Assembly (NCBI RefSeq): GCF_018350175.1
Contig: NC_058383.1
Location: 682,001 to 746,000 of the forward strand
DNA: 64,000 nt
Direction: 5' to 3'
DNA from: Felis catus
Lineage: Eukaryota
Under the pieces are notes generated by a model that ran no database searches, was not told the origin of the DNA, and saw only the letters and a list, made by a program, of their open reading frames with translations. This document shows positions 51,117 to 63,157 of this stretch, in pieces; positions within the stretch are counted from its first letter, which is position 1; every line of letters starts with the position of its first letter. The position numbers and the translations under genes are program-made.

Positions 51117-51915
51117 ATGGTGACCTTCCCACCTTCCCCCTCCGCCTCCCGCCTCCTGACCTTCCCGCCTTCCCCTTCCCGCTTCCTGACCTTCCCGCCT
51201 GGTGACCTTCCCGCCTTCCCCCTCCGCCTCCCGCCTCCTGACCTTCCCGCCTTCCCCTTCCCGCTTCCTGACCTTCCGCCTGGTGACCTTCCCGCCTTCC
51301 CCCTCCACCTCCCACCTCATGACCTTCCTGCCTTCCCCTTCTTGCCTCGTGACCTTCCCGCCTTGTGACCTTCCCGCCTCATGACCTTCCCGCCTTCTCC
51401 TCCTTCTCTTGCCTGGTGACTTTCCCGCCTCGCTACCTCCCCACCTTCCCCCTCCGCCTCCCGCCTCGTGACCTTCCCGCCTCCCCTTCCTGCCTCCTGA
51501 CCTTCCCGCCTTCTCCCTCCGCCTCCCACCTCATGACCTTCCCGCCTTCCCCCTCCGCCCCCCGCCTTGTGACCTTCCCTCCTTCCCCCTCCTGCCTCCT
51601 GCCTTCCCGCCTTGTGACCTTCCCGCCTTCCTCCTCCACCTCCCACTTTGTGACCTTCCCTCCTTCCCCCTCCCGCTTCATGACCTTTCCGCCTTCCCCT
51701 CCTTCTCTCGCCTGGTGACTTTCCCGCCTCGTGACCTCCCCGCCTTCCCCCTCCGCCCCCCCGCCTTGTGACCTTCCCTCCTTCCCCCTCCTGCCTCCTG
51801 ACCTTCCCGCCTCGTGACCTTCCCGCCTTCCCCCTCTGCTTCCCGCCTCGTGACCTTCCGCTTCCCGCCTCGTGATCTTCCCGCCTTCCCCGTCTGCTTC
51901 CCGCCTCCTGCCCCT
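51117..51915. repeat. About 800-bp pyrimidine-rich VNTR (core GTGACCTTCCCGCCT)
   Basis: More than 20 variant units with higher-order duplications. Confidence 0.95.
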
Positions 51916-52124
51916 GACGTTAAAATGAAGGAAAACTGGCAACAAATTAGGCGGCTATTCAGGTCCAATGCATACTTAGGAAATACTATGTTGAACTTTT
52001 TTCAGGATTAAGAACTAAAAATGTTACAGGTTTAGTTGAAACCCTTTCTGCTAATTTTTTTAACTGAATTTATATACTGTATACTTGAAACAGAATTTGC
52101 TGTGTTATTAAAATATTGTGTTGA

Positions 52125-52545
52125 GAGGCGCCTGGGTGGCTCGGTTGGTTAAGCATCTGACTCTGGATCTCAGCTCAGGTCTTGACCTCAGGGTCGTGAA
52201 TTTGAGCCCCTTGTTGGGCTCTGTGCTAGGTGTGGAGCCTACTGAAAAATTTTTTAAATAAAATAGCAAAATATATTATTGTGTTGTTACTATTTAAAAA
52301 GTTTTTTATTGGGGCACCTGGGTGGCTCAGTCGGTTAAACGTCCGACTTCGGCTCAGGTCATGATCTCGCGGTCCGTGAGTTAGAGTCCCGCGTCGGGCT
52401 CTGTGCTGACAGCTCAGAGCCTGGAGCCTGCTTCAGATTCTGTGTCTCCCTCTCTCTGACCCTCCCCTGTTCATGCTCTGTCTCTCCCTGTCTCAAAAAT
52501 AAATAAAAACGTTAAAAAAATTTTTTTTTTAAAAATTAAAAAAAA
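52125..52545 (+). mobile_element. Two Can-SINEs (older 52125-52262; full-length 52311-52545)
   Basis: The second has TSD AAAAAGTTTTTTATT. Confidence 0.88.
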
Positions 52546-54803
52546 AGTTTTTTATTATAAAGATGGGGCTTACTTGAAATGATGTAAGATGCGTAAAATT
52601 CAAGGCATTTGGTGAGCACGGGCCGTGATGTGCTGCGGAACGATTTCGCGTGAGACGGTTAATTACACTCAGGCTCTGGACAGAAAGACCCCCAGCCCCC
52701 AAGCGTGAACTGCTCAAGCTCCAGGGAAAGGTGACTTCCTCCAACTGCTTTCGAGTCTGGTGGGATGACGAGTGCCAGTCTGCTGAGGAGTCGGCCTTAT
52801 TAGCCTCTGCTGAGAACAGGGTACGGAAATAAACGGGCTCCTCATAAGAGCCGGGCGGTTCACTGGGTCCCTGAGACGCTCCAGTTAAAGGAGAGTGGGA
52901 CGTTGTCTTCCGTGCTCGCGTGCTGGGTTAAGTACACGACTCTTCCCCCTTGGCTGTCGGTGCCCGGTCTCTCTGGCCCAGCCCCGCCCCCGGTCTGCAG
53001 CCTGACTCGGAGAGGAAGAGCTCTCGGTTCATTCTGCTTTTTCTCCTTTAGTTGAAAGATTTCCTGCTTAGTCAAACTGTTTCTTGGCAACTCTGCTCAG
53101 TGCTGTTTTCCTGAGCCGAAGGGGGTAATTTGTCTCGTGATGATGGCGATCTGCAGGTTTCTGGTGACACCAGCTTGAGGCTGGGGGAGGCTGGCCCTCG
53201 GGCTCTCCCAGCTCACGAGGGGAGACACCTGAAGTCTCCAACCTGCAGAATGCCTGGATCTTGAGGGACATTGCAGTGACTGTCGGGAGAGCGCAGCCGG
53301 ACGGTCTCCGGAGGGTCCTGGCAGGTCCCTGACCCCCAGCGGCCGGGACACGCCTTTGCTGCAGGGGCCGGCCCCCTGGAGTCTGGTGGTCCCAAGCGCC
53401 TGCCATCCTGCAGAGGCCCCAGTCGCTCCCCGTGTTCGGGCACCCAGCAGGGTGGCAGGTAGGCCCTCGTCAGACAGGCTCTCGGGCGCCACCAGCTCAA
53501 GGCGTTGGCTGAGCTTCGGGGGTCTCGCCTGCTGCTCGTGCTCTTGCCCCGAGGCACGCTGATTCCTCAGGAGTCCCTCGGGGCCCCGGGGTCACGCAGG
53601 AGGACCTCACGGAAAGATTGCTCTATGCCACTTCTGTCCTCGGCGGCACAGTCGGCGTGGGCAGCTGTGGGTGTCCGTTTGTAGGTACCGGGGCCTCTGG
53701 TCGTTGGGAGAACGTCTCAGATTCTCCCGGTTCCTTAGCTGCAGTTTTGACTGTTAATAATTTCACGAGAAGCTCAACAGTAGCGCGGACCCCCAACCGC
53801 CCCTCCCTTGGTCGGCCCTGTTTACACGCACGGGCCGCTGGGGTTAGTGAGCCAGGCGCCTGGCCCTCCTGTGCGTCAAGCCCCGCCCCAGGTGCCTTCC
53901 TCCCTGGCCGGGAGCCAGCGTCCTGTCCTCCCATTTTGGAGAAGGGAGAGTGAGCTTCAGGGAGGTCGGCGGCCGCAGGGCCCACTCCCGGTGCAGGTGC
54001 CTAGACATGAGCGTGGGCTGCCCGCGCTGGTCCCCCGACCTGTGAGCGGCGGGGGGCGTCACTCCTACAGCACACCCGCCAGGGGACCCTGCAAGCGCAG
54101 CCCCAGCCAGCGGTGGGCACGTACCCTGGCCGCCTGCCCAGGGTAACACAGCCCTCGGAGGGCGGCGGTGGTGCTCCCGCGCTCCCCAGGATTGGGCGCA
54201 GGCTGGGGCTCAGCCCATCCCGCTCTCCTCCCACGACGCCAGGCTGGCTGAGTCCCCGCCCCGGGCTCTGTTCTGAGGGAGCTGGGCCTCAGGCACCTCG
54301 TTTCTTCCCTGTGGCGGGCAAAGTGGGCAGAGGCCTGTAGGCCGCCTTGGCACACGGCCAGAACCAGGGGCCCCCTGTTGGCCTCCTCAGGAGGCCCTCG
54401 CGCTCCAGGGCCTGAGGCCTCGGTGGTGTGGCCTCTGCAGGCTGACGTTTCGCGGGGGCTCGCCCACGGCCCATTTGAACACCCGCGGTGAGACAGCGCC
54501 CAGCCCCGGGGGGTTCCCACACCGAAGGCCCTGCCGGCGAGACCCGTGGGACCTGCTGCAGCCAGCAGAGGACCAGGCCAGAGCCCGGGAGACGTGGGCT
54601 CACGCCCACGAGATAGGGCGGTCCTGGCGTTTCCTCCGCCAGCCTGCGGTGTGGACGGCAGAGCCGCTCTGGGACCCCAGGTGGGCGTCGGGCCAGGATG
54701 GCAGCGCCCGAGCTCGCTGCAGGGTCTGCGTGGCGGGTTCCCTCTGCACGTCCTGTGCCCGGCTGAAGCCCTTCCCCCCCCCACACACTTCCTTCGCGTG
54801 CAG

Positions 54804-54928
54804 GTGCGGCAGGCGGTGACTTGTGTGGTGGGGGGCTGGCTGCTGGACCTGCGGGACCGCTACTCCTTCTTCCACAAGCTGATCCCGCTGTTGCTTAGCA
54901 ACCTCGAGGACGACATCCCTGAGATCGC
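54804..54928 (+). CDS. DNAAF5: DNAAF5 exon 3, 125 nt
   Basis: [42 protein letters not shown]; acceptor cttccttcgcgtgcag, donor CGC|GTAAGT, phase 2. Confidence 0.96.
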
Positions 54929-55310
54929 GTAAGTACAGAGCTCATGCTGGTGGCCGCCGCTCTGGGCGAGGCCTGGGCCAGCCGGGTGCGGGTGCCCGTG
55001 TTTCCGGGACCGTCAGGGGCCCCTCCGAAGTTGTCACTTACAGCAGCAGTGCTGTGTCTGCTGCGGAGTCCCTCCTGGAGCCCGCCTCGTCCCCTCTGTC
55101 CTGCTTGCTGTGGGATCGTGTGTCCCACTGGACGCGTCTGCGGCTTTTAAATAGTCGAGAGTTCCCGGTGCTTCGGGCACGTCAAGGAGTCCATCTGGGT
55201 TTAGCACTGTGAGCAGAGCCGTCAGAAGCCCTTGGAGTTCTCAGCACCCTTGGGGGCAGACGTGGCTCCGGCCTTCCGCACGCCCGCCTGACGCGTATGT
55301 TGTCCCACAG

Positions 55311-55429
55311 GCTCACAGCCGCCAGCCTCTGGGAGAAGGTGGGTCTGCAGTGGCAGAGGGAGAACGAAGACGACCTCAAAGATAAGCTGGACTTCGCCTC
55401 GCCCCCTCCAGCCCACCACCCCTCGCCAG
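55311..55429 (+). CDS. DNAAF5: DNAAF5 exon 4, 119 nt
   Basis: [39 protein letters not shown]; acceptor tgttgtcccacag, donor CAG|GTGAGT; in phase with exon 3. Confidence 0.95.
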
Positions 55430-56284
55430 GTGAGTGTGGGCCGCCCGGTGGGTGAGGGGTTCTGTGGCGGGGCTGGGGCGCGGGCCCGCACAGTAGAGCG
55501 TGCCGGAGACCCGGCCCAGGACACCTCCCTGGGGCCTTCCCCTCTGGGCCCGCTGCGGGTGTTGGGGATCCGTCAGGCCGCGAAGCCGTGGGCGGCGGCT
55601 GCTGGCCGTGGCAGGAATCGTGGAAGTAGGCGGTGCTGCCACTTTACAAGAGGACCTGTGAACTGCACCCAAAATGCAGTTACAGGGGAGGAGCAGGGCC
55701 CGGGCCAGGGGCGCGCTCAGAACAGAGGCACCCCCACAGCCTCCCTGTGGTTCCCTGCCACACCGCGAGCACACACGTGTCGTCGTCGGCGTGTCCTGGG
55801 CACACGAGCCAGGCCGGGCGGAGCCACCCCCGGAGCCGTCCCTCCTCCCTGCCCCACGGACCCACGTGCCGAGCAGAGCTTTCCACAGGGATGCAGCATT
55901 CCTGCTGCGGTCTGTCTGCAACGTGTCTCCTTCAAACACAACGCTGGCGAGGGCCGTGGTGGTAAAGATGCGCGGTCGGTCGATAGCGGCCACGAGGAGC
56001 CCGCGGCGTGAGGGCCGCGCGGACACAGGTGCTTGCGCTTTGTGCCTGCCACGACGGGGGCTCCGAGGCCGGCTCGGGAGCTGCCCCCCAGCCCCCCCAG
56101 GCTCCCAGCCCCGTGACCCCTTCCGGAGTGTGCTCGGCTGGTACAGGGGAGATCACACAGGTCATAGAAAGGGCCAACTTCAGCGGCTGGCGGGGTTTTT
56201 CTGCCTCAGTAAAGCTTGACAGCGCGGCGTCTTTTTAAAGTGTGGACCTTCGACGTAAAGCTCGCTGTGATTTTATTTTTAAAC

Positions 56285-56506
56285 ATTTTTTTTAATTTTT
56301 TTTTTCAACGTTTATTTTTTGGGGACAGAGAGAGACAGAGCTTGAACGGGGGAGGGGCAGAGAGAGAGGGAGACACAGAATCGGAAACAGGCTCCAGGCT
56401 CCGAGCCATCAGCCCAGAGCCTGACGCGGGGCTCGAACTCACGGACCGCGAGATCGTGACCTGGCTGAAGCTGGACGCCCAACCGACTGCGCCACCCAGG
56501 CGCCCC
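56285..56506 (-). mobile_element. Young-type Can-SINE in DNAAF5 intron 4
   Basis: TSD TGTGATTTTATTTTTAAAC at 56266 and 56507. Confidence 0.92.
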
Positions 56507-57449
56507 TGTGATTTTATTTTTAAACGCGCCCTCGTCACCTGCGAAGGAAGCCGAGCTCCGAAGGGGCCTTCCTGCCCTCCGCTGCCTGGAGGCAGCATCT
56601 TGCCACTTGGCCCGGCGGGAGACCACACTCCGTTTGCCGACGGGCCGTCCCGGCCGGCTTCTCACCGCGGATGGGAAATGACGACCGCCCTGGGACGTGA
56701 GGTCGGGACGCCTCCCTCCCCGGCCCTGGGCAAACCTGAGGTTCTCGGCCGACAGCTCCCCATGTGTCACGTGGGTCTCCGCCCAGGAGTGGTCAGCCTG
56801 TCGCCCTGCCCCCCCTCCCCCGGCTACCCGCGTGCACGCGGGGCCGTCCTCCCGCCGCAGGGACATTTTGTCCAGTGTGGGCGCAGTGCTGGGTCATCTC
56901 CCGGGTCACGCAGGGCTCGGGCACGCAGGCTGGTGGCTCTCAGGCTCCAAGACAACCACCTTCCAGAGGCTTGCTTCAATCCCACCGGAACGAGTTTGGG
57001 ACAAATTCCAATCGTGGTTAGCGGTATGAGCACTAGGTTTTGTTAGATTGTTAGCATTTTTCTCCTAAAATTACTTCTTTATAATTAGACTTTCAAATCT
57101 AAGTTTTAAGATTTTTTTTTTTTCACCATTTCATACATCAGATTTCATGAGCCACCCCAGGCCCTGCCGCCTGCCTCCCCTCGACTCGTGACACGGCCGT
57201 GAGATCATTTCCGTTTGCACATTCGCCCTTCCCACAGAAGGCTCCCTAGGGTGGGGGCCTACCTTCCTGCCTCGGGGAGCATCTCCTTCTGTGGACGTGC
57301 CTCAGTTTACCTACCGCTGGAGCCAGGATTTTTAGGTCATTTCTGGGTTTGGGTGATTTCGATTAAGGCCTGTCTGAGTACCTGCATCCGGGTCTCTGCA
57401 TGAACTATGTTCTCTCTCTCGGTTAAGCCCCAGGGAGTGGGTGCTGCCA

Positions 57450-58115
57450 TTCTCTCTGTCTCTCTGTCTCTCGCTCTCTTTTTGTCTCTCAGTCTGTGTC
57501 TGTTTGTCTCTCTGTGTCTCTATCTTTCTGTGTCTGTCTCAGTCTCTGTCTCTCTGTGTCTCTGTTTCTCTGTGTCTCTGTCTCTCAGTCTTTGTGTCTC
57601 TCTCAGTCTTTGTCTCTGTGTCTCTGTTTCTCTGTGTCTCTGTCTCTCAATCTCTCTGTGTCTCTCTGTTTCAGTCTCTGTCTCTGTCTCCGTGTCTCCC
57701 TGTATCTCTCAGTCTCTCTCTCCCTCTGTCTCTCTGTGTCTCTGTGTCCTTTCTGTCTCTCTGTGTCTGTCTGTCTCTCAGTCTGTGTCTCTCTCTCTCT
57801 CTCTCTCTGTTTCTCTCAGTCTCTTTTTCTCTCTCTCTCTGTCTCCGTGTCTCTCTGTCTCTGGGTGTCTCTCTGTGTCCTCTCTCTCTCTGTCTCTGTG
57901 TCTGTCTTCTCTGTGTCTCTGTTTCTCTGTGACTCTGTCAATCTCTCTGTGTCTCTCTGTTTCAGTCTCTTTCTCTGTTTCCGTGTCTCTCTGTATCTCT
58001 CTCTCTCCCTCTGTCTCTCTGTGTCTCTCTCAGTCTGTGTGTGTCTCTCTCTCTCTCTCTGTTTCTCTCAGTCTCTTTTTCTCTCTCTCTCTGTCTCTGT
58101 GTTTCTCTGTCTCTC
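57450..58115. repeat. About 660-bp (CT/GT) compound microsatellite inside an L1 remnant
   Basis: tctctgtgtctctg arrays, almost devoid of A. Confidence 0.95.
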
Positions 58116-60539
58116 AGCTGCGTGTCTGCGTCCCACCTGCAGGGGGCAGGTCGCTGTTGGTCCTGGTCAGCACACGCCGTGGCATTGGGTCTGCTGTTTG
58201 GCCGTCCTCACGGGCGTGTCGTGGCTCTAATCTGACTTCAGCGTCTGTCGTGCACTCACGCCCTGTGCTCATCCACGCGTCTTCTTGGGTCGAGTGCCCA
58301 GATCTGTCGTCCGGGTTAAATTGGGTTGTTTGTTGTCTTACTGTCTAGTTGTGAGGATTCCTCGCGCGTTCTGGGCATGGGCCTCTGTCGGCTCTGTGTC
58401 CTGCGCCCCTTCTCTCTGGCCAGAGTGCCTTTGGAGTCCCCAGCTTGCCCATGGCCGGCGGCCCTGGCGGGGCCTGCTCCCCTCACCCTGACTCGCAGAA
58501 GGAGACTCCCTCCTGCTCACGGGCCTCTCGCTGTCCCTGACACCGTGCTTCCGTGAGCGGACGGACGGATTTGAGGAGGCGCACAGCTCACTGCCGAGGG
58601 ACCTGCGTCCTGTCACATCGGGGTTCGGACCAGGCACGCGTAGCATGGGCCGTGCTCGTCACCACACGGTTTGCCATTAGCTTGACAAACGCAAGTGTCC
58701 TGTTGCAGCACAGAAATAAATCTCCACTTTTAGAACCCAGCTACGTCCCGGAGTCAGCCGCTCGCTGAACCAAGAAGTGCAGGTTCGTGCTTGCAGAGGA
58801 CGTGCCCATCCGTCGCGCCCTCGAATCGTGGGTTCCGGAGTCCCTTCTCCCGGAAACTTTCCTCCTGTGAACACTGCTGTCCTTGGTGCCGCTTGAGCGA
58901 AGAGGAAAGCATTTCCTCGTGACGGTGACCGGCTTGCCAGACCTTTTGACGCAAGAGAGAACAGAGTTGGTTTTTCCCCAGCTTAGAAATAAGTAGAGTT
59001 CCGTTTGAATAAACACCGTTGTAACGTGAGCGCTTTCACGGTGACGCCCTTCAGGGTTTTCATGTTCTTTGCAGAGCTCAGACCTGCTCTGCTTGCCTGT
59101 TTCGTCCAGGTATCTGGAGAGGTGGCAGTGGTCAGGAAAGTCTCATTGTGCGGAGGAGAGATGGGCGGGCATGGGGGGCGGGGGCGGGTTTGCACCGTGT
59201 GCAACCAAGCGAGGGTCCGTGGCGCACAGCACAGCCACTTGGAGCCTTGGGTGCTGGGGAGCAGGGGCTCCGGGACACGGGCGGGGTCCCGCTGCTCAGA
59301 AGCCTGGGCGAACCTGGTTTTCTCCTTATCGGAGGTGAGGCGCCCAGGCCCAAAGCAGGGAGCGGCTGGTCCACGGGCAGGGAGTCAGGACCGGCACCCG
59401 CCTGAGCCAGGTTGGGGCTTCGGACACGGGTGTGTGTCCTTGGTGACCCTCCCCAGCCTTCCCGCTGACCGCCGCCCCCTGCACTTCTTGAGGAGGGACG
59501 GTCTCTGGTCGACTCTGAGCCGCATCCACGGGAACCTCGTGCAGAAGCCCGAGTGTCACCCTGCCTGTTTGTGGTGCCTCATAAACCCACACGCATTCAG
59601 GGCAGACCTGGCGGCACACTTAGATACGCGCTTTAAAAAGCCGCTGAGCTGTTTTTCTGCCCACAATTAAATTGCGCTTTGCCTGATGGTGCAAAAACTA
59701 AGCCGACATAACGTTCTGCGTGCTTCTGGCCCAGCTTAGTCAAGGTTTTGTGTTGACCCCTCCTTGAGTTAAAACCCCAGCACGGTGGGGGGCACTCTGC
59801 CCATTTGCAGACCGCGCCCCTCCCTCCCCCAGGATGGGTCTCGGCTGCTGCGTCTGCACCAGGGGCATCACCCACAGGCCTGGCAGCCCCCCGGGCACCC
59901 ACCCAGCCCGATGATAAAGCCCCAGGTCAGCTGGTGGGAAAAACGACCTCGGGATGAATCAAGGACACCTACAGGGAAGACAGAACACCTGCGCTTTGAG
60001 CCAGGATTTGAACTTTGACCTCAGGCCCAGAGGTCACCACTCCCAGAGCCTGTCTGCCTCCCGTGCGCACAGACTTGACACCCCGCTGGCTCTGACCCTC
60101 CTTCGCAGCCCACCTTTACGGTGTCGCCCCCGGAGGCGACACGAGGTTGCCGTGTTACTCCTGACCTTCACGTTTGGTTTCTAGCGAGGTGAAGCAATTG
60201 TCTGTGGCCGTCGGTTAATTCTGTTTCAATTATGAAAACAAATTGGCCGTACGAGCGTCTGTCTGGCCTGCTTGCTGTAAGGTTGAGCAAGGCTGGTAAC
60301 GGCGGCTGGTTCTGTGGGGCCGAGCCAGCACGCCGGCCGCCCTCTGTCCGCTTGAGCTGCCTCTGCATGCCCGGGACTTTTCAGGGACAAGATGAGAAGA
60401 TAGCGGCTGAGCTGCAGTCTGGACTCTGGACATGAGTCGATCACTCAGGCCTCGGGGCGCTTCCCCGGATTCCAGGACAAACAGGAATGCTGACCTCGCG
60501 TGGTTTCCTAGGTCAACAGTAATCGCGACGTGGGGAAAG

Positions 60540-61030
60540 AGAAGCCTCACGCGGTGCCGGTGCAAAGGTGAGAAATGGTGCCGCTGCTTTGGAAAAGTTT
60601 GGGAGCGTCTTCAAGTGTTAAACACGCAGTTACCATGTGACCCCGCTGTCCCAACCCGGATGGACCTGCACTTCCCACGCGATCACGTGACCCCACCGTC
60701 CCAGCCCAGGAGAATGCTCGACAAGACACGGACGTGCGTGTTCACAGCAGCATCGTTTATAACAGCCCCAAAGTGGGAGCACCCAGGGTCCACCAGCTGG
60801 TTCCCGTGTCCACAAGTCGTGTCTGCTGCCACCGTGGAGCAGCACCTGGCCACGAAGAGGAGTGTTCTGACGTGTGCTACGACATGAATGACTCAGAAAC
60901 GTCGTGTTTAGTGAACAGGCTCGGTCACATGAGCCCTCTAGAAAAGGTGGAAGGGTAGGCGGGGAAAGCCGACTCGGGGCAGGGGAGGGGCTGGCGGCCA
61001 GCAGCACGGGGCTCTGTGGGCTGGGGAACC
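60540..61030 (+). mobile_element. L1M 3' end remnant
   Basis: gctttggaaaagtttggg...ttaccatgtgacccc...tgttcacagcagcatcgtttataacagccccaaagtgggag. Confidence 0.55.
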
Positions 61031-62114
61031 ACTGGGGGTAGCCCCTCCGAGCACAGGGCCGCGAGTAGCTTCCAAGGCAGCTAGATCACAGCTCGGCGGC
61101 GCCGCGAAGCCTGCAAGGCGTGTCAGGGTTAGCAGGCTGTTGGTGGGTCCAGCGAGCATGTACTGGGGGCTCCCGCCCCACGGTCCAGAAGATGGTGGCT
61201 CGACGGCCTCTTGCCCCGCTCAGGGCTTGGTCTCCGGGGATGGCCCTAGCGTGATGGGACTCTGGAGCCGCGGCACCCGAGGACGCAGGTGCCGGGAAGG
61301 CCCAGCACCCTGACGGCGGACTGCTGGAGGGGCTGTAGTTTGGGGTCAGGTCTGAGTTGAACATCTGGGACGTGGGCGCTCTGAGGGTAGAGCCAGGTCC
61401 GGGGCCGCCCCGGCCACAGGCTGCCACTCGCCCAGGCCCGTTTCTCCCTCACATCCTGTTTACTTCGTTTATATATTCTCCAGGAGGCCACACGGGGATG
61501 CACACACCCAGAGGGAGTGGGAGGGTTTACTTCCGCCAAAGTGATCGTTTTGGAGATGACAGCTATGGAAGCTTCTAGGTGCCAGCTGTTTGAATGTGCC
61601 TCACTGTATCCCTGTCTCTGTCTAAGCACAGCCTGGACCTAAATGTAAGGAAAGGACACACCACCTGTGCCCCCAGACCCAGAGGCTCTCCCGGGATTAG
61701 AATGCCTGCACCCACAGGTGCTCGCAGAGCCACCGGACGGGAGCCGCCCATGGCCCTGGGGCTGGAGAGCACACAGCACACCACGAAGACCTGCGTGTCC
61801 AGAGCGGCCCTGCATGTGCCGTGGGGAGAGCGTGTGTCCCGGAGCGCCGGGAACAGCCAGGCACAGAGGCGGGTGCCCTGGTTTCTGGGGCCAGGGGTAG
61901 CAGGTGCATTTCGTGTCCCTGGCCATCCCCCCGGGCCACCTAGTTCATTCTCCCCAGCTACTCGACTGGCTGTTTCGTTTGGCAAATCGAGGACACCAAG
62001 GATCAGTCCGTAGATGACGGTGCTCTGTTCCATCTGCTGCTTGAGACCACAGCCTGGGTTCTCCTCGCGTCTTCCAGTGCAGCACTGAGCACGAGGACTG
62101 TACCGAGACGGGGC

Positions 62115-62500
62115 GTTCTCTGCCGCCCGGGACAGCAGCCGCCAGCTGTGGGCTAGGCTACTGAGCACTTGAAATGTTCTTCGGGGACCGAGAAACTGGA
62201 TTTTAATTCATTTAAGCCTAACAAACTTCAAACAGCCATGTTGGTTAGCAGCTACCAGGCTGGAAATTGCAATTCTAGAGTCTGGAATGGGGTTCAGCCA
62301 ACTCTTTCTGTGAAAGACCACACGGTCGGTAGATCAGGCTTGGGAGGCCACGTGTGTGCCACAGCTGGTCCACTCGCTGTGGTGATGTCGCAGCGGCCCT
62401 AGACGATAGTAAATGAGCAGGCGCAGCCGCGTCCCCCGCTGCCACTCAATTTACAGAAGGAGGCAGCACGCCACATGTGGCTCCTGGACCCCTGGTCCGG
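62115..62500. mobile_element. hAT-Charlie MITE remnants (MER3/MER33-like about 62115-62275; MER58A-like about 62288-62500)
   Basis: ctactgagcacttgaaatg...gaaactggattttaatt and ggggttcagccaactctttctgtgaaagacca resemble the recalled consensus sequences. Confidence 0.55.
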
Positions 62501-62919
62501 AAGAGTATGGTCACTTCTGCTCTATTAACCAGCACAGGAAGGTAGGCTTCAGAACACAGATGTAGTGAGGCCCCGTGATTCTGCGAAAATGCCTCGTGGC
62601 CCCTTGTCACCTGCCACCCTGCTTCATGTCCCCTCATCTGACAGGGTTCCCACACTGGATGCATCATTAGGAAGAAAGGTATTTCTTGTTTATTTGTTGT
62701 TGGCAAAATTACAGCAGGCTCACCTCAACAGCCAACAAGGAGTCGCGTGGAACTGATTTCCTAATACAGCACGAGCACAGAAAAGTAACCGGGAAGACCT
62801 GGAACCTGGAAATGGGGCCTCACGGCGCATACTGTTGCTTCTCCTAAAACACAGCCTTTGCACTTTGATCTCAGTTTCCTTTCTGCCTTTAGAGTTTTGA
62901 ATTTTCGTGAAGTTTTCGT

Positions 62920-63114
62920 TTGAATTTCGGTTAGTTACCGTGCAGCGTAACATTCTCAGGCGTACAGAGTAGTGATTCACGCTGCACACACCACCTGCTG
63001 CCCATCACAGCTGCGTCCTTTTCCCCGTTGCCTGTTTCCCCCTCCCCCCCCCCCCCCCCCCCCCCCCCGTGACCAGCCATGTGTTCCCTAGTTAGGAGTC
63101 TGTTTCGTAGTTTG

Positions 63115-63157
<43 letters not shown>

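Noticed and set aside
51117..51915. CRISPR-like repeat array
   Set aside because: Eukaryotic intron; intervening sequences are repeat variants rather than unique spacers; no cas genes.
57407..58348. 313-aa Ser/Leu/Cys/Val ORF that looks like a membrane protein
   Set aside because: Translation of the CT/GT microsatellite.
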